DNA of 64,000 nucleotides from Fibrobacteria bacterium (GTDB taxonomy: Bacteria; Fibrobacterota; Fibrobacteria; UBA11236): positions 7,182 through 71,181 of the forward strand of contig JBGTHM010000030.1 in the NCBI GenBank assembly GCA_041746255.1, read 5' to 3'. The notes under the pieces are model-generated. The model ran no database searches. It saw only the letters and a list, made by a program, of their open reading frames with translations, and was not told the origin of the DNA. Of this stretch, positions 20,093 to 30,128 are shown piece after piece. How positions within the stretch are numbered: position 1 is the stretch's first letter; every line of letters starts with the position of its first letter. Position numbers and translations under genes: made by a program.

Positions 20093-23026
20093 TCAGGCGT
20101 TTACCGGAGCGGAAAGCTTGCGAGCCACTTCCACTCTGCGGAAAAAGGCCAACACGTCGCCTTCTTTGATATCGTTCAAGCCCTCGAGGCCGATACCGCA
20201 TTCGAAACCGGCGCGTACCACCTTGGCGTCGTCTTTTTCACGCTTGAGCGAAGTGACTTTGGCTTCGCCCACTTCGATGCCGCCGCGGTAGAGCCTTGCC
20301 TTGAGGTCGCGCTCCACCGTACCGCTTTGCACTTTGCAACCCGCGATGGTGCCGATTTTGGGAATGTGGAAAAGCTGCAGAATCTCGGCTTCGCCGGCCA
20401 CTTCCTCCTTGATTTCGGGAGTAAGCATGCCTTCCATGGCGGCCCTGATTTCGTCCACCACTTCGTAGATGACGCGATAATTATTGATGGTCACGCCTTC
20501 GCGTTCCGCAAGATTTCGAACCGATTCGGAAGGCAGCACATGGAATGCGATGACAATGGCTTCCGATGCGGAGGCCAATCCGATATCGGCGTCGGTGACG
20601 GCACCCACGCCTTTGGAGATGACGTTGACGCGGACCTCTTTGGTCGAGACCTTCTCCAGCGCCGCGGCGATGGCTTCCACCGAACCGTCGACGTCGCCTT
20701 TGATGATGACTTTGAGTTCGTGGAATTCGCCGGACTTGATTTGATCGTAAAGCTGATCGAGAGTGATATGCCGTTTCTGCCGCAGTTCGCGGTCTTTGGC
20801 GGCAATGCGGCGGCGAGCCGCGATTTCACGCGCTTCGCGTTCGTCCTCGACGGCCAAAAAGGAATCGCCCGCCTGCGGAGCGCCTTCAAGGCCCAATACC
20901 TGCACGGGAGTGGAGGGGCCGGCGGTTTGCTTCGGCTTGCCGCGTTCGTCAAGCAGTGCGCGCACTTTGCCGGAAAAAATACCGGTTACAAAGGGGTCGC
21001 CCACGTTGAGCGTACCGTTTTGAATGAGCACCGTGGCTACCGCGCCCTTGCCCTTGTCCAGGCGGGACTCGATGACCGTTCCTTGCGCAGGGCGGTTGGG
21101 ATTGGCTTTGAGGTCGAGTATTTCAGATTCGAGCGCCAGGGTCTCCAGCAGCTTTTCCATGCCCAGGCCGGTTTTGGCCGAGATTTCGACGCTGGGATAT
21201 TTGCCGCCCCATTGTTCCACTTCGACGCCGGCTTCGGCCAATTGTGCGCGAATTTTGTCCGGATTGGCGGTGGGCAAATCGATTTTGCTGATGGCCACCA
21301 CAATTTGGCAATTGGCATTTTTGGCCATCTTGATGGCTTCTTTGGTTTGCGGCATGACCATGCTGTCCGCTGCCACCACTAGCACTACCACGTCGGTGAC
21401 ATGGGCGCCGCGCGATCGCATCGCGGAAAAGGCTTCGTGACCCGGCGTATCCAGAAAACAAACCGGTCCGAAAATGGTTTCCACCTGGTAGGCGCCGATA
21501 TGCTGGGTAATGCCTCCTGCCTCACCCGCGATAACGTTCGCCTTGCGGATGAAGTCGAGCAGCGAGGTTTTACCGTGATCGACATGGCCCATAACCGTGA
21601 TGATGGGCGCGCGCGGAAGCAACTCCTCGGCGGTGTCTTCGGATTCCTGACCCAGGTTGTCGGTGGCGTATTCGTCCATCAATTTGGCGTCGAATCCGAA
21701 CTCATCGGCGATGAGAGCGATGGTTTCATAATCGAGACGCTGGTTGATGGTCACCATCATTCCCAGTTCCATGCATTTCGCGATAACCTGCGCAGGCATT
21801 ACATTCATGAGTCCGGCCAATTCGCCGATACTGATAAACTCGCCTACATTCAAGATGCGACGTGATCCATCATCCTCGAAGTCGCTCTCCTTGCGGCCTT
21901 TCAACTTGCCTTTGCCTGGAGTACGGGAAAGGGAAGCCATGACCTTGCTCACGTTTTGACGGGCTTCGAGAAGTTCCGCCTCCACCTGCTCCTTCGATTT
22001 GCGGCGATGGCCGCCGCGTGTCGGTTTGCTCGGCGTGAAAGTCTTGGCTTTGTCTTTATCCTTGTCGAGACCGCGGTTGAGGCGATCGGGCTTGGCGCCG
22101 CCGGTGCCTCCGCCGGCCAGGGGAGTAAAAGTATTGGTGACGCCGGCTTCATGGGCGCGTTGCGCGAATACATCACGAGGAGCTCCCGCTCCGCCGGGCC
22201 CTGCCGGACGGCGTGCTCCCGGAGGGCCACCCGCCCCAACCGGTCCGCCTTCACGAGGTCCTCGGGGTCCTTGCCCGGGTGCGGGAGGACGTGCTCCCCG
22301 ACTTAAATTGCCGGAATAACCTTGCCCGCGGCTTTGCATGCGCGCTTGAGCGTCGGCCCGGCCGCGCGCGATGCGCGCCAACAAGGCGGCGTCGGGCTTT
22401 TCCACCGAAACTTTGAGTTCATTAAGCTGCGGGGGCGCCGTCTGCGGAGGCACTTTTGCCTTTGGAGCCTCCGGCGCCTGGGCTGGTATAGGCTCGGGCC
22501 TCGGCTCTGTCGCTTCGGGAGAAATAGGCTGCGCAGGGGCCGACTGAACCCCGGTGGGCGCCTCGATTTCGATGGGAGATACTTTGGGAGCTTTGGCCTC
22601 CGGAGCTTCCGGTTGCTTTTCCGAAACGGGTTGCTGCATTGGAACCGCTTCGGGAGCAGGTTGTTTCACTGCGGCCTTGACTGTGGTTTCCTGCGGCTTT
22701 TCCAGCGTCTGAGTTTCTTCAGGCGCCGCTGCAACCGTCTCCAGCTTCGGAGCTGGACGCGTCAGTTTGGTAGGCGGTTGCGGGGGTGCCTTTTTGAGTA
22801 CAGCCTTCATAGGTATCTTCTTGCCTGCACGTACAAGCGCTTCCCGCTCCAGCTTTTCCTTGGTGGCGAGAATCAATGGCTTCGCCTTTGCGAAGCTCTC
22901 ATGGTCAATCATGCTCATAGCCGATTTGACCTCAAGCCCGGCTTCCCGCAATGCGTTGAGAAGCAGGTCATTGGGAATATCGTATGATTTGGCTAGGGTT
23001 GAAACTCTTTTTTTCGCTTCGGTCAT
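20093..23026 (-). CDS. infB: Translation initiation factor IF-2
   Basis: GTP-binding domain GHVDHGKTSLLD...DTPGHEAF...NKID. Pro/Ala-rich N-terminal region. The likely start is MTEAKKRV at 23026; the ORF track extends it upstream to 23188. Confidence 0.95.
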   Translation of the reverse strand: MTEAKKRVSTLAKSYDIPNDLLLNALREAGLEVKSAMSMIDHESFAKAKPLILATKEKLEREALVRAGKKIPMKAVLKKAPPQPPTKLTRPAPKLETVAAAPEETQTLEKPQETTVKAAVKQPAPEAVPMQQPVSEKQPEAPEAKAPKVSPIEIEAPTGVQSAPAQPISPEATEPRPEPIPAQAPEAPKAKVPPQTAPPQLNELKVSVEKPDAALLARIARGRADAQARMQSRGQGYSGNLSRGARPPAPGQGPRGPREGGPVGAGGPPGARRPAGPGGAGAPRDVFAQRAHEAGVTNTFTPLAGGGTGGAKPDRLNRGLDKDKDKAKTFTPSKPTRGGHRRKSKEQVEAELLEARQNVSKVMASLSRTPGKGKLKGRKESDFEDDGSRRILNVGEFISIGELAGLMNVMPAQVIAKCMELGMMVTINQRLDYETIALIADEFGFDAKLMDEYATDNLGQESEDTAEELLPRAPIITVMGHVDHGKTSLLDFIRKANVIAGEAGGITQHIGAYQVETIFGPVCFLDTPGHEAFSAMRSRGAHVTDVVVLVVAADSMVMPQTKEAIKMAKNANCQIVVAISKIDLPTANPDKIRAQLAEAGVEVEQWGGKYPSVEISAKTGLGMEKLLETLALESEILDLKANPNRPAQGTVIESRLDKGKGAVATVLIQNGTLNVGDPFVTGIFSGKVRALLDERGKPKQTAGPSTPVQVLGLEGAPQAGDSFLAVEDEREAREIAARRRIAAKDRELRQKRHITLDQLYDQIKSGEFHELKVIIKGDVDGSVEAIAAALEKVSTKEVRVNVISKGVGAVTDADIGLASASEAIVIAFHVLPSESVRNLAEREGVTINNYRVIYEVVDEIRAAMEGMLTPEIKEEVAGEAEILQLFHIPKIGTIAGCKVQSGTVERDLKARLYRGGIEVGEAKVTSLKREKDDAKVVRAGFECGIGLEGLNDIKEGDVLAFFRRVEVARKLSAPVNA

Positions 23027-23060
23027 AATTCCTTCGATTCGATACGGGGTTGCAAACGGC

Positions 23061-24296
23061 TTAGGATGCGTCCTCCGGTTCTTGTTTCTTGGGCGCGAAC
23101 AGCGACTCCAGCTCGGAGAACTTGCTGGAAGCCGGGGTGGCCACTGACTGGGCCGAATCGCCGGTGCCCGGAATCTTGACGCCTTCACGCGGCTTGAATA
23201 GGCTTTCCTTGTCCTCGGCCGACATGTCGGTGAATTCGGTGGAGCCGTAAATATCCAGCTCCTTGCCGATGAGCTTGGATGCCAGGCGCACGTTCTGGCC
23301 GCCGCGCCCGATAGCCTGGGAAAGATCTTCGTCGTTCACGATGACCACCACGCGGCCGTCGCCGACGTCGGTTATCTGCTTCAAGTTGGCCGGAGCCAGG
23401 GAGCGTCGGATATAGGTGGCCAAATCGTCGGTCCAGTGGATGATGTCGATGCGCTCGTTCGAAAGCTCGCGAACGATAGCCTGTACGCGGTTGCCCTTCA
23501 TCCCTACGCAAGCGCCTACGGGATCGATGCGATCGTCCTTGGAAGTTACGGCGATTTTGGCGCGGTAGCCGGGATCACGCGAGACGCCGCGTATCTGAAC
23601 GACACCGTCGTGGATTTCCGGTACTTCCAACTCGAAAAGCTTGGCCAGGAACTCGGGATGCGTGCGCGAAAGCAGGATTTGCGGACCCTTGGTGTTGGTG
23701 CTCACGTTGGCGATATAAGCCCGGATGGTGTCGCCCTGCCGGTAACGTTCTTTGCGGATTTGTTCGCGCTGGGGAATAATGCCTTCGGTCTTGCCGAGGT
23801 TGATCAGAATGTTGCCTCTGTCCACCTGCTGCACGGAACCCGATACCATGGTGCCGATGCGATGCTGGTATTCCTCGAAAATCTTTTCGCGCTCGGCATC
23901 CCGTACCTTTTGCAGCAACATTTGCTTCGCGGTTTGAATGGCGGAGCGACCGAAATTCTCGATGGGCACTTCCATTTCCAGGTAATCGCCCGGAACGGCG
24001 TCTTCGTTGTATTCATGGGCCTCTTCGACCAACATGTACTTTTCATCGAGCTCCTGAACTTCTTCCGGAGTCAAATCGGGCGGAACGTCCGGATAATCGT
24101 CAACCACGGTCACTCGCAGGTAAACATGGATTTCGCCGCTTTCCTTGTCGATTTCGGCCTCGATGTTTTTCTGAATCTCAAGGTATTTCTTGGCGGCGTT
24201 GACCAGGCTTTGTTCCAGCGTGGAAATGACGACATCGGTGCCCAGATTCTTGGTCTTGGCGATGAGGTTCAGGTTTTCAAAAATGTCACTCGTCAT
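23061..24296 (-). CDS. nusA: Transcription termination/antitermination factor NusA
   Basis: 411 aa with conserved NusA N-terminal, S1 and KH domains. Confidence 0.95.
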   Translation of the reverse strand: MTSDIFENLNLIAKTKNLGTDVVISTLEQSLVNAAKKYLEIQKNIEAEIDKESGEIHVYLRVTVVDDYPDVPPDLTPEEVQELDEKYMLVEEAHEYNEDAVPGDYLEMEVPIENFGRSAIQTAKQMLLQKVRDAEREKIFEEYQHRIGTMVSGSVQQVDRGNILINLGKTEGIIPQREQIRKERYRQGDTIRAYIANVSTNTKGPQILLSRTHPEFLAKLFELEVPEIHDGVVQIRGVSRDPGYRAKIAVTSKDDRIDPVGACVGMKGNRVQAIVRELSNERIDIIHWTDDLATYIRRSLAPANLKQITDVGDGRVVVIVNDEDLSQAIGRGGQNVRLASKLIGKELDIYGSTEFTDMSAEDKESLFKPREGVKIPGTGDSAQSVATPASSKFSELESLFAPKKQEPEDAS

Positions 24297-24304
24297 TAGG
24301 ACTC

Positions 24305-24763
24305 CTATCCGATACGAACGTCGACTTTGGCTTGGGCAATAAGGTTCATGGCTATGGAAATTTTCTTCCCATCCTCAGAAAGCGAAATGGATTTTTCATC
24401 GGCCTCATCGAGCAACCCCACATGGAGACTTTTACCTTCGACGGGCTCCCGCGTTGCCACGCGAACCGGCCGACCCAGGTTCCGGCTGTAATCACGAAGG
24501 GTTTTGAAAGGACGGTCGAGTCCCGGTGAAGAGACTTCCAACATGTAAGGGTCGTCCGCTAAAAAACCTTCAGCATCCAACAGCGCGCTTAGCTCCCGGC
24601 TGACCTGCGCGCAATCGTCGACACTGACGCCTTCGCGCTTGCCGATATAAATGCGTGCGACCCGCCGCCTGCCCGCCCGGAAAATTTCCACATCGACCAG
24701 CTCAAGGCCTTTCGATTCGGCGATTCCTTCAGCGTATCGGGACAAGGTTTCCAGAACGTCCAA
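24305..24763 (-). CDS. rimP: Ribosome maturation factor RimP
   Basis: 152 aa. It has the RimP N-terminus and sits in the conserved position upstream of nusA. Confidence 0.9.
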   Translation of the reverse strand: MDVLETLSRYAEGIAESKGLELVDVEIFRAGRRRVARIYIGKREGVSVDDCAQVSRELSALLDAEGFLADDPYMLEVSSPGLDRPFKTLRDYSRNLGRPVRVATREPVEGKSLHVGLLDEADEKSISLSEDGKKISIAMNLIAQAKVDVRIG

Positions 24764-25212
24764 GCACCAATCTCCTCAGGCCGGAAAAAATAATAGCACG
24801 AAGCATCCCCCCTCGCGGCCGCTTTTCGAGTTCTCTCCGACCTGGAAAAGAAACCCCAAAAACATCCGCAGCCAAGGTACCCACTCAATAAATGACTGAT
24901 GCAGGGGAGTACGAAGGTAGGGCTACACTCGTAGACGCGCATTAATTTAGTAAATTATGCGATACCGACAAGCCGGGAGCAGTCCAGGCAATGGCGGGCT
25001 TCCCTTTTTCGACTTGAAAATGCCATGGAAGCAACGATGAAGGAGAGAGTGTGACGGTCCTGCTTATTATTGTCATCGGTTTAGGCGGGCTTTGGCTCAG
25101 TATCCGGCAATTCCGGCGGAATTTATTGGAGATAAAGGCCCAGCCCAAGGCCACTATTACTTGGGAGGACCGTTTTTTGAACTACCCTCTTACCGTGATT
25201 TGGTTCGGTTAC

Positions 25213-26067
25213 CTAATCGTTTTCTTTGCCGGACTTATTATCAATAACCTGATTATCCGCTGAAAAACCCCGCTCACGCTGTTTTGCCTCCTCCCAAAGC
25301 CGATCTAATATTTCCAGGGAGGGCTTTTCGGCCGCATCAGGGTGTTTTTCCAGCAAAAGATGTTCTAAAATGCGGAAACGGGTGGAAAATTTCTGATTGG
25401 TGCGGGTTAAGGCTCTTTCGGGATCCACATCCAGTTTTCGCGCCAAATTAATCACCGAGAACAATAAATCGCCCATTTCGGCCAGGATTCCCTCGGCATT
25501 ACCTTCCAAAATCTCCCTTTCCAGCTCCCCTAGCTCCTCGCGGATTTTTTCCAACGGGCCCTGCTCATTGGGCCAATCAAATCCCAGCCGGGCCACTCTT
25601 TTCTGGATTTTTGCAGCCTTGTTGAGAGGGGGGAGTTGGCTGGGCAGATTATCCAGCAGGCTGGGCCTCCCCGCCTCGGAATTTGCCACCCCGGCTTTTT
25701 CGACCTTTTTCAATTCCTCCCATTGATTTTCCACGGCTTTGGATCCGGCCAAAAGCACGTCTCCGAATACATGGGGGTGGCGGCGCACCAACTTGTCGCA
25801 TAATTCTTGTACGACATCGTCGATATTGAAGTGGGAGGCTTCGCGGGCCATTTGGGCATGGAATACGACCTGTAGGAGCAAGTCGCCCAATTCTTCCCGC
25901 ATATTCGGAACATCTTCGTTTTCCACCGCCTCAATGAATTCATACGTCTCTTCGACCAGGCAGGTGAGAATGCTGGCATGACTTTGCTCCCTGTCCCAGG
26001 GGCAGCCATCGGGGGAGCGCAAGCGCGCCATAATTTCAAGCAGGTCTGAAAAAGCGTATTTCGGCAT
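25213..26067 (-). CDS. mazG: Nucleoside triphosphate pyrophosphohydrolase MazG
   Basis: Tandem MazG domains with EExYEF/EELGDLL motifs. The likely start is MPKYAFSD at 26067. Confidence 0.85.
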   Translation of the reverse strand: MPKYAFSDLLEIMARLRSPDGCPWDREQSHASILTCLVEETYEFIEAVENEDVPNMREELGDLLLQVVFHAQMAREASHFNIDDVVQELCDKLVRRHPHVFGDVLLAGSKAVENQWEELKKVEKAGVANSEAGRPSLLDNLPSQLPPLNKAAKIQKRVARLGFDWPNEQGPLEKIREELGELEREILEGNAEGILAEMGDLLFSVINLARKLDVDPERALTRTNQKFSTRFRILEHLLLEKHPDAAEKPSLEILDRLWEEAKQRERGFSADNQVIDNKSGKEND

Positions 26068-26209
26068 AGGCGGCAAGGTAGCAAATGGGGCGGAGGACCA
26101 CCCCCGGGGTAGCATGGCCCCATTAGAGAAGCCTGGGCAAAATCAAACACCTTGCCTAACTGAACAAAAGTGCATTACTTTTGACTTAAACAGAACGTGG
26201 GGGACGGTC

Positions 26210-27547
26210 ATGGCAGCTTCGCCTTCGGTAATATATCCAGCTATAAACAAGGGCGCCGAACGCACCGATTTAACCAGCCTGGGAGTTTGCGAATGCCCTT
26301 CGGGGGCTGATTTCTCGGATGCTTTCTTCGGCCCCCGGAGCGAAAAAGAATTATTGGATTGGCTCGGGCTTTACCTGGTACCCGGCATGGGCGCTTATTC
26401 CTTTAATGCCTTGCTGGAAGCCTTTTCTTCGCCGGAAGCCGTCTTTGCCGCCGACGAGGCCCAGCGTAGGGAAAGGCTGCCCTTCCTCCGGGATTCCCTG
26501 AGTCGCGCCCTCTCCTTGGGTCCCTCCCGTGATGCGGCCGAACGCCAACTGGAGAAGTGCCTAAAGTCGGGCGTCCGGGTTTTGCATGAGTCCTTTGCAG
26601 GTTACCCCGTCGCATTGCGGTCGCTTAACGTGCCTCCTCCCTTCCTGTTCGTCAAAGGAGGGCTTATGGATTCCGATATTCGCGCGGCGGCGGTGGTAGG
26701 CACCCGCAATCCCTCGTTACAGGGGAGCCAGGCCGCCAACGAAATGGCGGAAGAACTGGCCTTGTATGGTTTCACCATCGTTTCGGGCCTCGCCCTGGGC
26801 ATCGATACTTTAGCCCATGAGGCGGCTTTGAAAAAGGAGAAAAGAACCATCGCAGTCGCGGGAGTGGGTTTCGATCAAATTTATCCTCCCGAAAATGCCA
26901 ACCTTTTCCATCGCATCGTGGAGCAGGGCGCCGTGATTTCAGAATATCCCTTTGGCAGCCAAGTCAGGCGCAGCCATTTCCCCCGGCGCAATCGTATCAT
27001 CAGCGGGTTGAGCCGCGCCGTATTGGTAGTCGAGGCCGGCGCCGACAGCGGCGCCCTCATCACCGCCGACTTCGCCCGCAAGCAAGGGCGACCGGTATTC
27101 GCCCTGCCGGGAGCCTATTACTCCAAGGAAGCCCAGGGTACCAATGATTTGGTAAGACGGGGAGCCGGAGTGATTTGCAGCGTCGACGACTTGCTGGCTT
27201 ATTTCGAAAAACTCCATCGAGCCCCGGCTCCACTGAATCCTGAGCAAGGTAAAGAGTTATTTCTGGGAAAAGGGTATTTGCAGCTGAGACCGCGGCGCAA
27301 ACGAATGGCCAGGGAGGTGAGTGGAATATCCGTTTTTCCCAACCCTGAGCTGAGCCCGACTGAAAAGACGATAGCCGCGCTTCTGGAAAAAGGACCCCTT
27401 TCTTTCGATAAACTTTTGGAAGAGACGAAAATACGGTCCGATTCCACAAGCACCGCTGCGGCCGCCACCTTGCCGACCTTGTTGCTGCGACTGGAAATTA
27501 AAAGAGTGATAAAAAAGGAACCGGGAGCGCGTTACGCTCTGGCGTGA
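26210..27547 (+). CDS. dprA: DNA-processing protein DprA (Smf)
   Basis: Rossmann-like DprA core (VVGTRNPS...GLALGIDTLAHEAAL...RNRIISGLS...). The start at M33 of the listed ORF has a strong RBS (GGGGGACGG). Confidence 0.85.
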   Translation: MAASPSVIYPAINKGAERTDLTSLGVCECPSGADFSDAFFGPRSEKELLDWLGLYLVPGMGAYSFNALLEAFSSPEAVFAADEAQRRERLPFLRDSLSRALSLGPSRDAAERQLEKCLKSGVRVLHESFAGYPVALRSLNVPPPFLFVKGGLMDSDIRAAAVVGTRNPSLQGSQAANEMAEELALYGFTIVSGLALGIDTLAHEAALKKEKRTIAVAGVGFDQIYPPENANLFHRIVEQGAVISEYPFGSQVRRSHFPRRNRIISGLSRAVLVVEAGADSGALITADFARKQGRPVFALPGAYYSKEAQGTNDLVRRGAGVICSVDDLLAYFEKLHRAPAPLNPEQGKELFLGKGYLQLRPRRKRMAREVSGISVFPNPELSPTEKTIAALLEKGPLSFDKLLEETKIRSDSTSTAAAATLPTLLLRLEIKRVIKKEPGARYALA

Positions 27548-27608
27548 AAGCGCCCAAACATATTACTATTAAGGGAGGATCTTCCCAGACGCCAACCGCT
27601 GGTACTCC

Positions 27609-27989
27609 ATGGCAAAAATCGTAAACAAGCGCCCATTGAACTCTACGTCGAAACCGGCACCCGCTTCTCCGGCTAAAAAAAATATCAAGTGGATTCGATA
27701 CGCCCTTATCCTTTTGTTAGGGGTTTTGCTTCTGGGTGAATGGAACGGAACCAGCGGCTTGCGGAATATGCTCCGCTTGCGTATGGTCACGAACGATCAA
27801 CGGGAGCAGATGGCGGAGTTGGCCGAAAAGCAGAAGGCGTTGGCCTTGGAGAAGGCCAAACTGGAATCGGACAGCGCTTATTTGGAAAATGTCGCGCGTA
27901 AGGAATTGGGAATGGCGCGTCCTGACGAGAAGGTTTTCCGTTACGTCCCCTCCGCGAAACCCGGTCCAGTCAAAAACCGCCGGGAGTAA
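27609..27989 (+). CDS. Septum formation initiator family protein (FtsB/DivIC-like)
   Basis: Single N-terminal TM helix followed by a coiled-coil (QREQMAELAEKQKALALEKAKLESD...). Confidence 0.65.
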   Translation: MAKIVNKRPLNSTSKPAPASPAKKNIKWIRYALILLLGVLLLGEWNGTSGLRNMLRLRMVTNDQREQMAELAEKQKALALEKAKLESDSAYLENVARKELGMARPDEKVFRYVPSAKPGPVKNRRE

Positions 27990-28004
27990 CGCGGAAGGTC
28001 TCTC

Positions 28005-28583
28005 TCAATTCTTAACGACCTCGGGCCCTTTTAAGTGGGTTTTCTGTTTATCCTTACAGGCCACGATATAGCCGGCGGTGATGCCGTCCATATAGAAGCG
28101 CGAAAAGGTCATCACTCCATGCAGGGTTTTTCCGTAGCGGGTTTCCTGTGTCGCCTCCACTTGCAGACATTTGTCCTGCCAGGGGGAACGGATGAGGTTT
28201 TCGAGCGAGGAATCGCTGCTGAGAAGCTTGGAAGCCAATTTGGATAGCGATTTACCCAACATATCCACCTGGGTATAGCCATAGAGATTACGGGCACCGT
28301 CACTCCAGGCGATGACCTTCAGTTCGGCATCGGTTACCATGACTGCGGGACCGAGGTTATTCCGATAGGCGGCCGCTGCACGTAAAGCGCGGGTATAAAT
28401 TTCCTCATCCAAGGCTTCGGGCGAAATCCCGATTTCCTCCACATAGCGCATGACACTTTCTTCGGTCAAACGCCGGGGGCCTCTTCCGATTCTTTCAAAG
28501 GGCATACGCCCCTGGTCCAGCCAGTTGATCACGGTTTGGGCTGAGACGTGGAATAATTTTGCAACTTCCCCAGTCGTTAACAT
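28005..28583 (-). CDS. HTH (excisionase/MerR-like) DNA-binding protein fused to a PAS sensor domain
   Basis: N-terminal MLTTGEVAKLFHVSAQTVINWLDQGRMPFERIG is an HTH_17-type helix-turn-helix. The C-terminal ~110 aa have PAS-like features. Confidence 0.6.
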   Translation of the reverse strand: MLTTGEVAKLFHVSAQTVINWLDQGRMPFERIGRGPRRLTEESVMRYVEEIGISPEALDEEIYTRALRAAAAYRNNLGPAVMVTDAELKVIAWSDGARNLYGYTQVDMLGKSLSKLASKLLSSDSSLENLIRSPWQDKCLQVEATQETRYGKTLHGVMTFSRFYMDGITAGYIVACKDKQKTHLKGPEVVKN

Positions 28584-28961
28584 TTTGCGGCTCCTAGACT
28601 TCTATTGCTTCCGGATGGCCCGGGTGCGGGTGTTTTCCTGCTCCATATTATCAACTAGGTCTGGAGATTTTTCAACGAGTTTCTTTTTTAGGGAAATCCA
28701 GGCAACCAACGTTTCGATCACGCTAAAGGAAATCCGTTCCCGAAAACCGGTACCGCCTGGGGAGCGTCCCTGCTCGTAAAAAAAATAATAACTAAAGATT
28801 CGGAATAACATCAAATTTCACTAGTTCCCTAGAAAATCGCCGCTACCGGAAGTTTTTCCGGATGTTATAATCACAGTGTTCTGTAAAAGGGAGAGGATTT
28901 CCGTATCGACACGCAGATAACCCGTCCCGTTTCGGTTTTCTTCCTGGGTCACGATTCCGCT

Positions 28962-29891
28962 TTGGAAGAACGGTTACGTGAGTATTACCGGTTTTGTCCG
29001 TGGGCGGAGGAATATGGGGTCGAGCCCCGTTTTGAAGTCTACCAGAGGGGAGACGAAGCCGCGGATTCGCTACCGGATATTCGGGGTCTGATTTATTTGG
29101 AAACCGGGGCAAATCCGGAGGAAGTCCGCTTGCTTATCGAGAGCATCCGGAAACGGAATCCCAAGCTGCAAATCGTCCTGATGGTGGACTCCTCCTTCGA
29201 TTATTTCGCCCTCGCCCGTTCCTACCGGATTGGTAACCTCGTGCGTAAGGACGCTTTCGATGGAGATCTTCTTCGAGCTCTGTCAATCCGGCTGCTTACA
29301 GGGAATATTTTCGGTTTCGGCCCCTATTTTCCCCATGGGTTCGTGATCGGGCCACTCTACCGCACCTATAGGGGAAAAGTCGTTTTGGAGGAGGTTTTAC
29401 AGGAAACTTTCCAGTTCTTTCAGCCCTATGTCAATCCGGACGAGAAGGGCACTTTCAAGATGTTTCTACATGAGCTCTTGACCAACACTTTTGCCTATGC
29501 TCTGGAAGGGATTACCCCTGAAGATCGGGACACTAAGCTGTTGCCGCCTTCCCCCGTCTTGGAGGTGCCCGATCGCCGCGCTATCAAGGTCAGTCTGGCG
29601 GTGGATGAGGAAAAAATCGGGTTTTCCATTCAAGATTCCACCGGAAATTTAAGTATGCTGCGCGTTCTGGATAAATTGCGCCGGCAATCTTGCATAGGCG
29701 ACGAAAAGCTGCCACCGGGGGTTTGGGACGAAAGTGGCCGTGGCATGTCACTGGTCTACCGATATAGCCGTTTTATCGTCAATATCCTGAGGGGAGTGAG
29801 GACTGAAACCATTTTCCTGCAATATCGCAAACAGGAACTGAACCGTTTTGAAAGCGTCATTATCACCGAAGTGACACCAGAATACTTGTAA
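28962..29891 (+). CDS. Regulatory protein with a degenerate (pseudo-)receiver-like N-terminal domain and a C-terminal GHKL/HATPase_c-like domain (RsbW/SpoIIAB-like)
   Basis: Receiver-like fold but LIYLETG in place of the phospho-Asp motif. C-terminal N-box ELLTNTFAYA and G-box WDESGRGMSL. TTG start. Confidence 0.4.
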   Translation: MEERLREYYRFCPWAEEYGVEPRFEVYQRGDEAADSLPDIRGLIYLETGANPEEVRLLIESIRKRNPKLQIVLMVDSSFDYFALARSYRIGNLVRKDAFDGDLLRALSIRLLTGNIFGFGPYFPHGFVIGPLYRTYRGKVVLEEVLQETFQFFQPYVNPDEKGTFKMFLHELLTNTFAYALEGITPEDRDTKLLPPSPVLEVPDRRAIKVSLAVDEEKIGFSIQDSTGNLSMLRVLDKLRRQSCIGDEKLPPGVWDESGRGMSLVYRYSRFIVNILRGVRTETIFLQYRKQELNRFESVIITEVTPEYL

Positions 29892-30128
29892 ATCGCCTTA
29901 TCCAAGGTTCCCACGACCTTGAAAACAGGGCGTTCCCTGACTTTTCCACCATGAATTATTGCTGTTGTTAACGCGCTATCAACATTTGTTGATAAGTGTC
30001 TTTTTTTGGCAGGAGAAAAAATACAATTGAAATAAATAGTTAGATTTTCGAGCCTTTCGAACTCTTTGGCAATTCATTCGGAATCGCTGAGAGAGGTTCG
30101 CTGGTTGAATTAACAAAGGAGAGCATGG

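Noticed and set aside
20327-22987. Long antisense ORFs (351 aa and 221 aa) on the plus strand opposite infB
   Set aside because: They lie entirely inside the highly conserved infB gene. They are typical GC-rich shadow ORFs with low-complexity Arg/Gly/Ala-rich translations.
25051-25263. 70-aa two-TM small ORF between rimP and mazG
   Set aside because: It overlaps the mazG 3' end and sits in the operon leader. It could be real but is unsupported, so I kept it only as a note in the findings.
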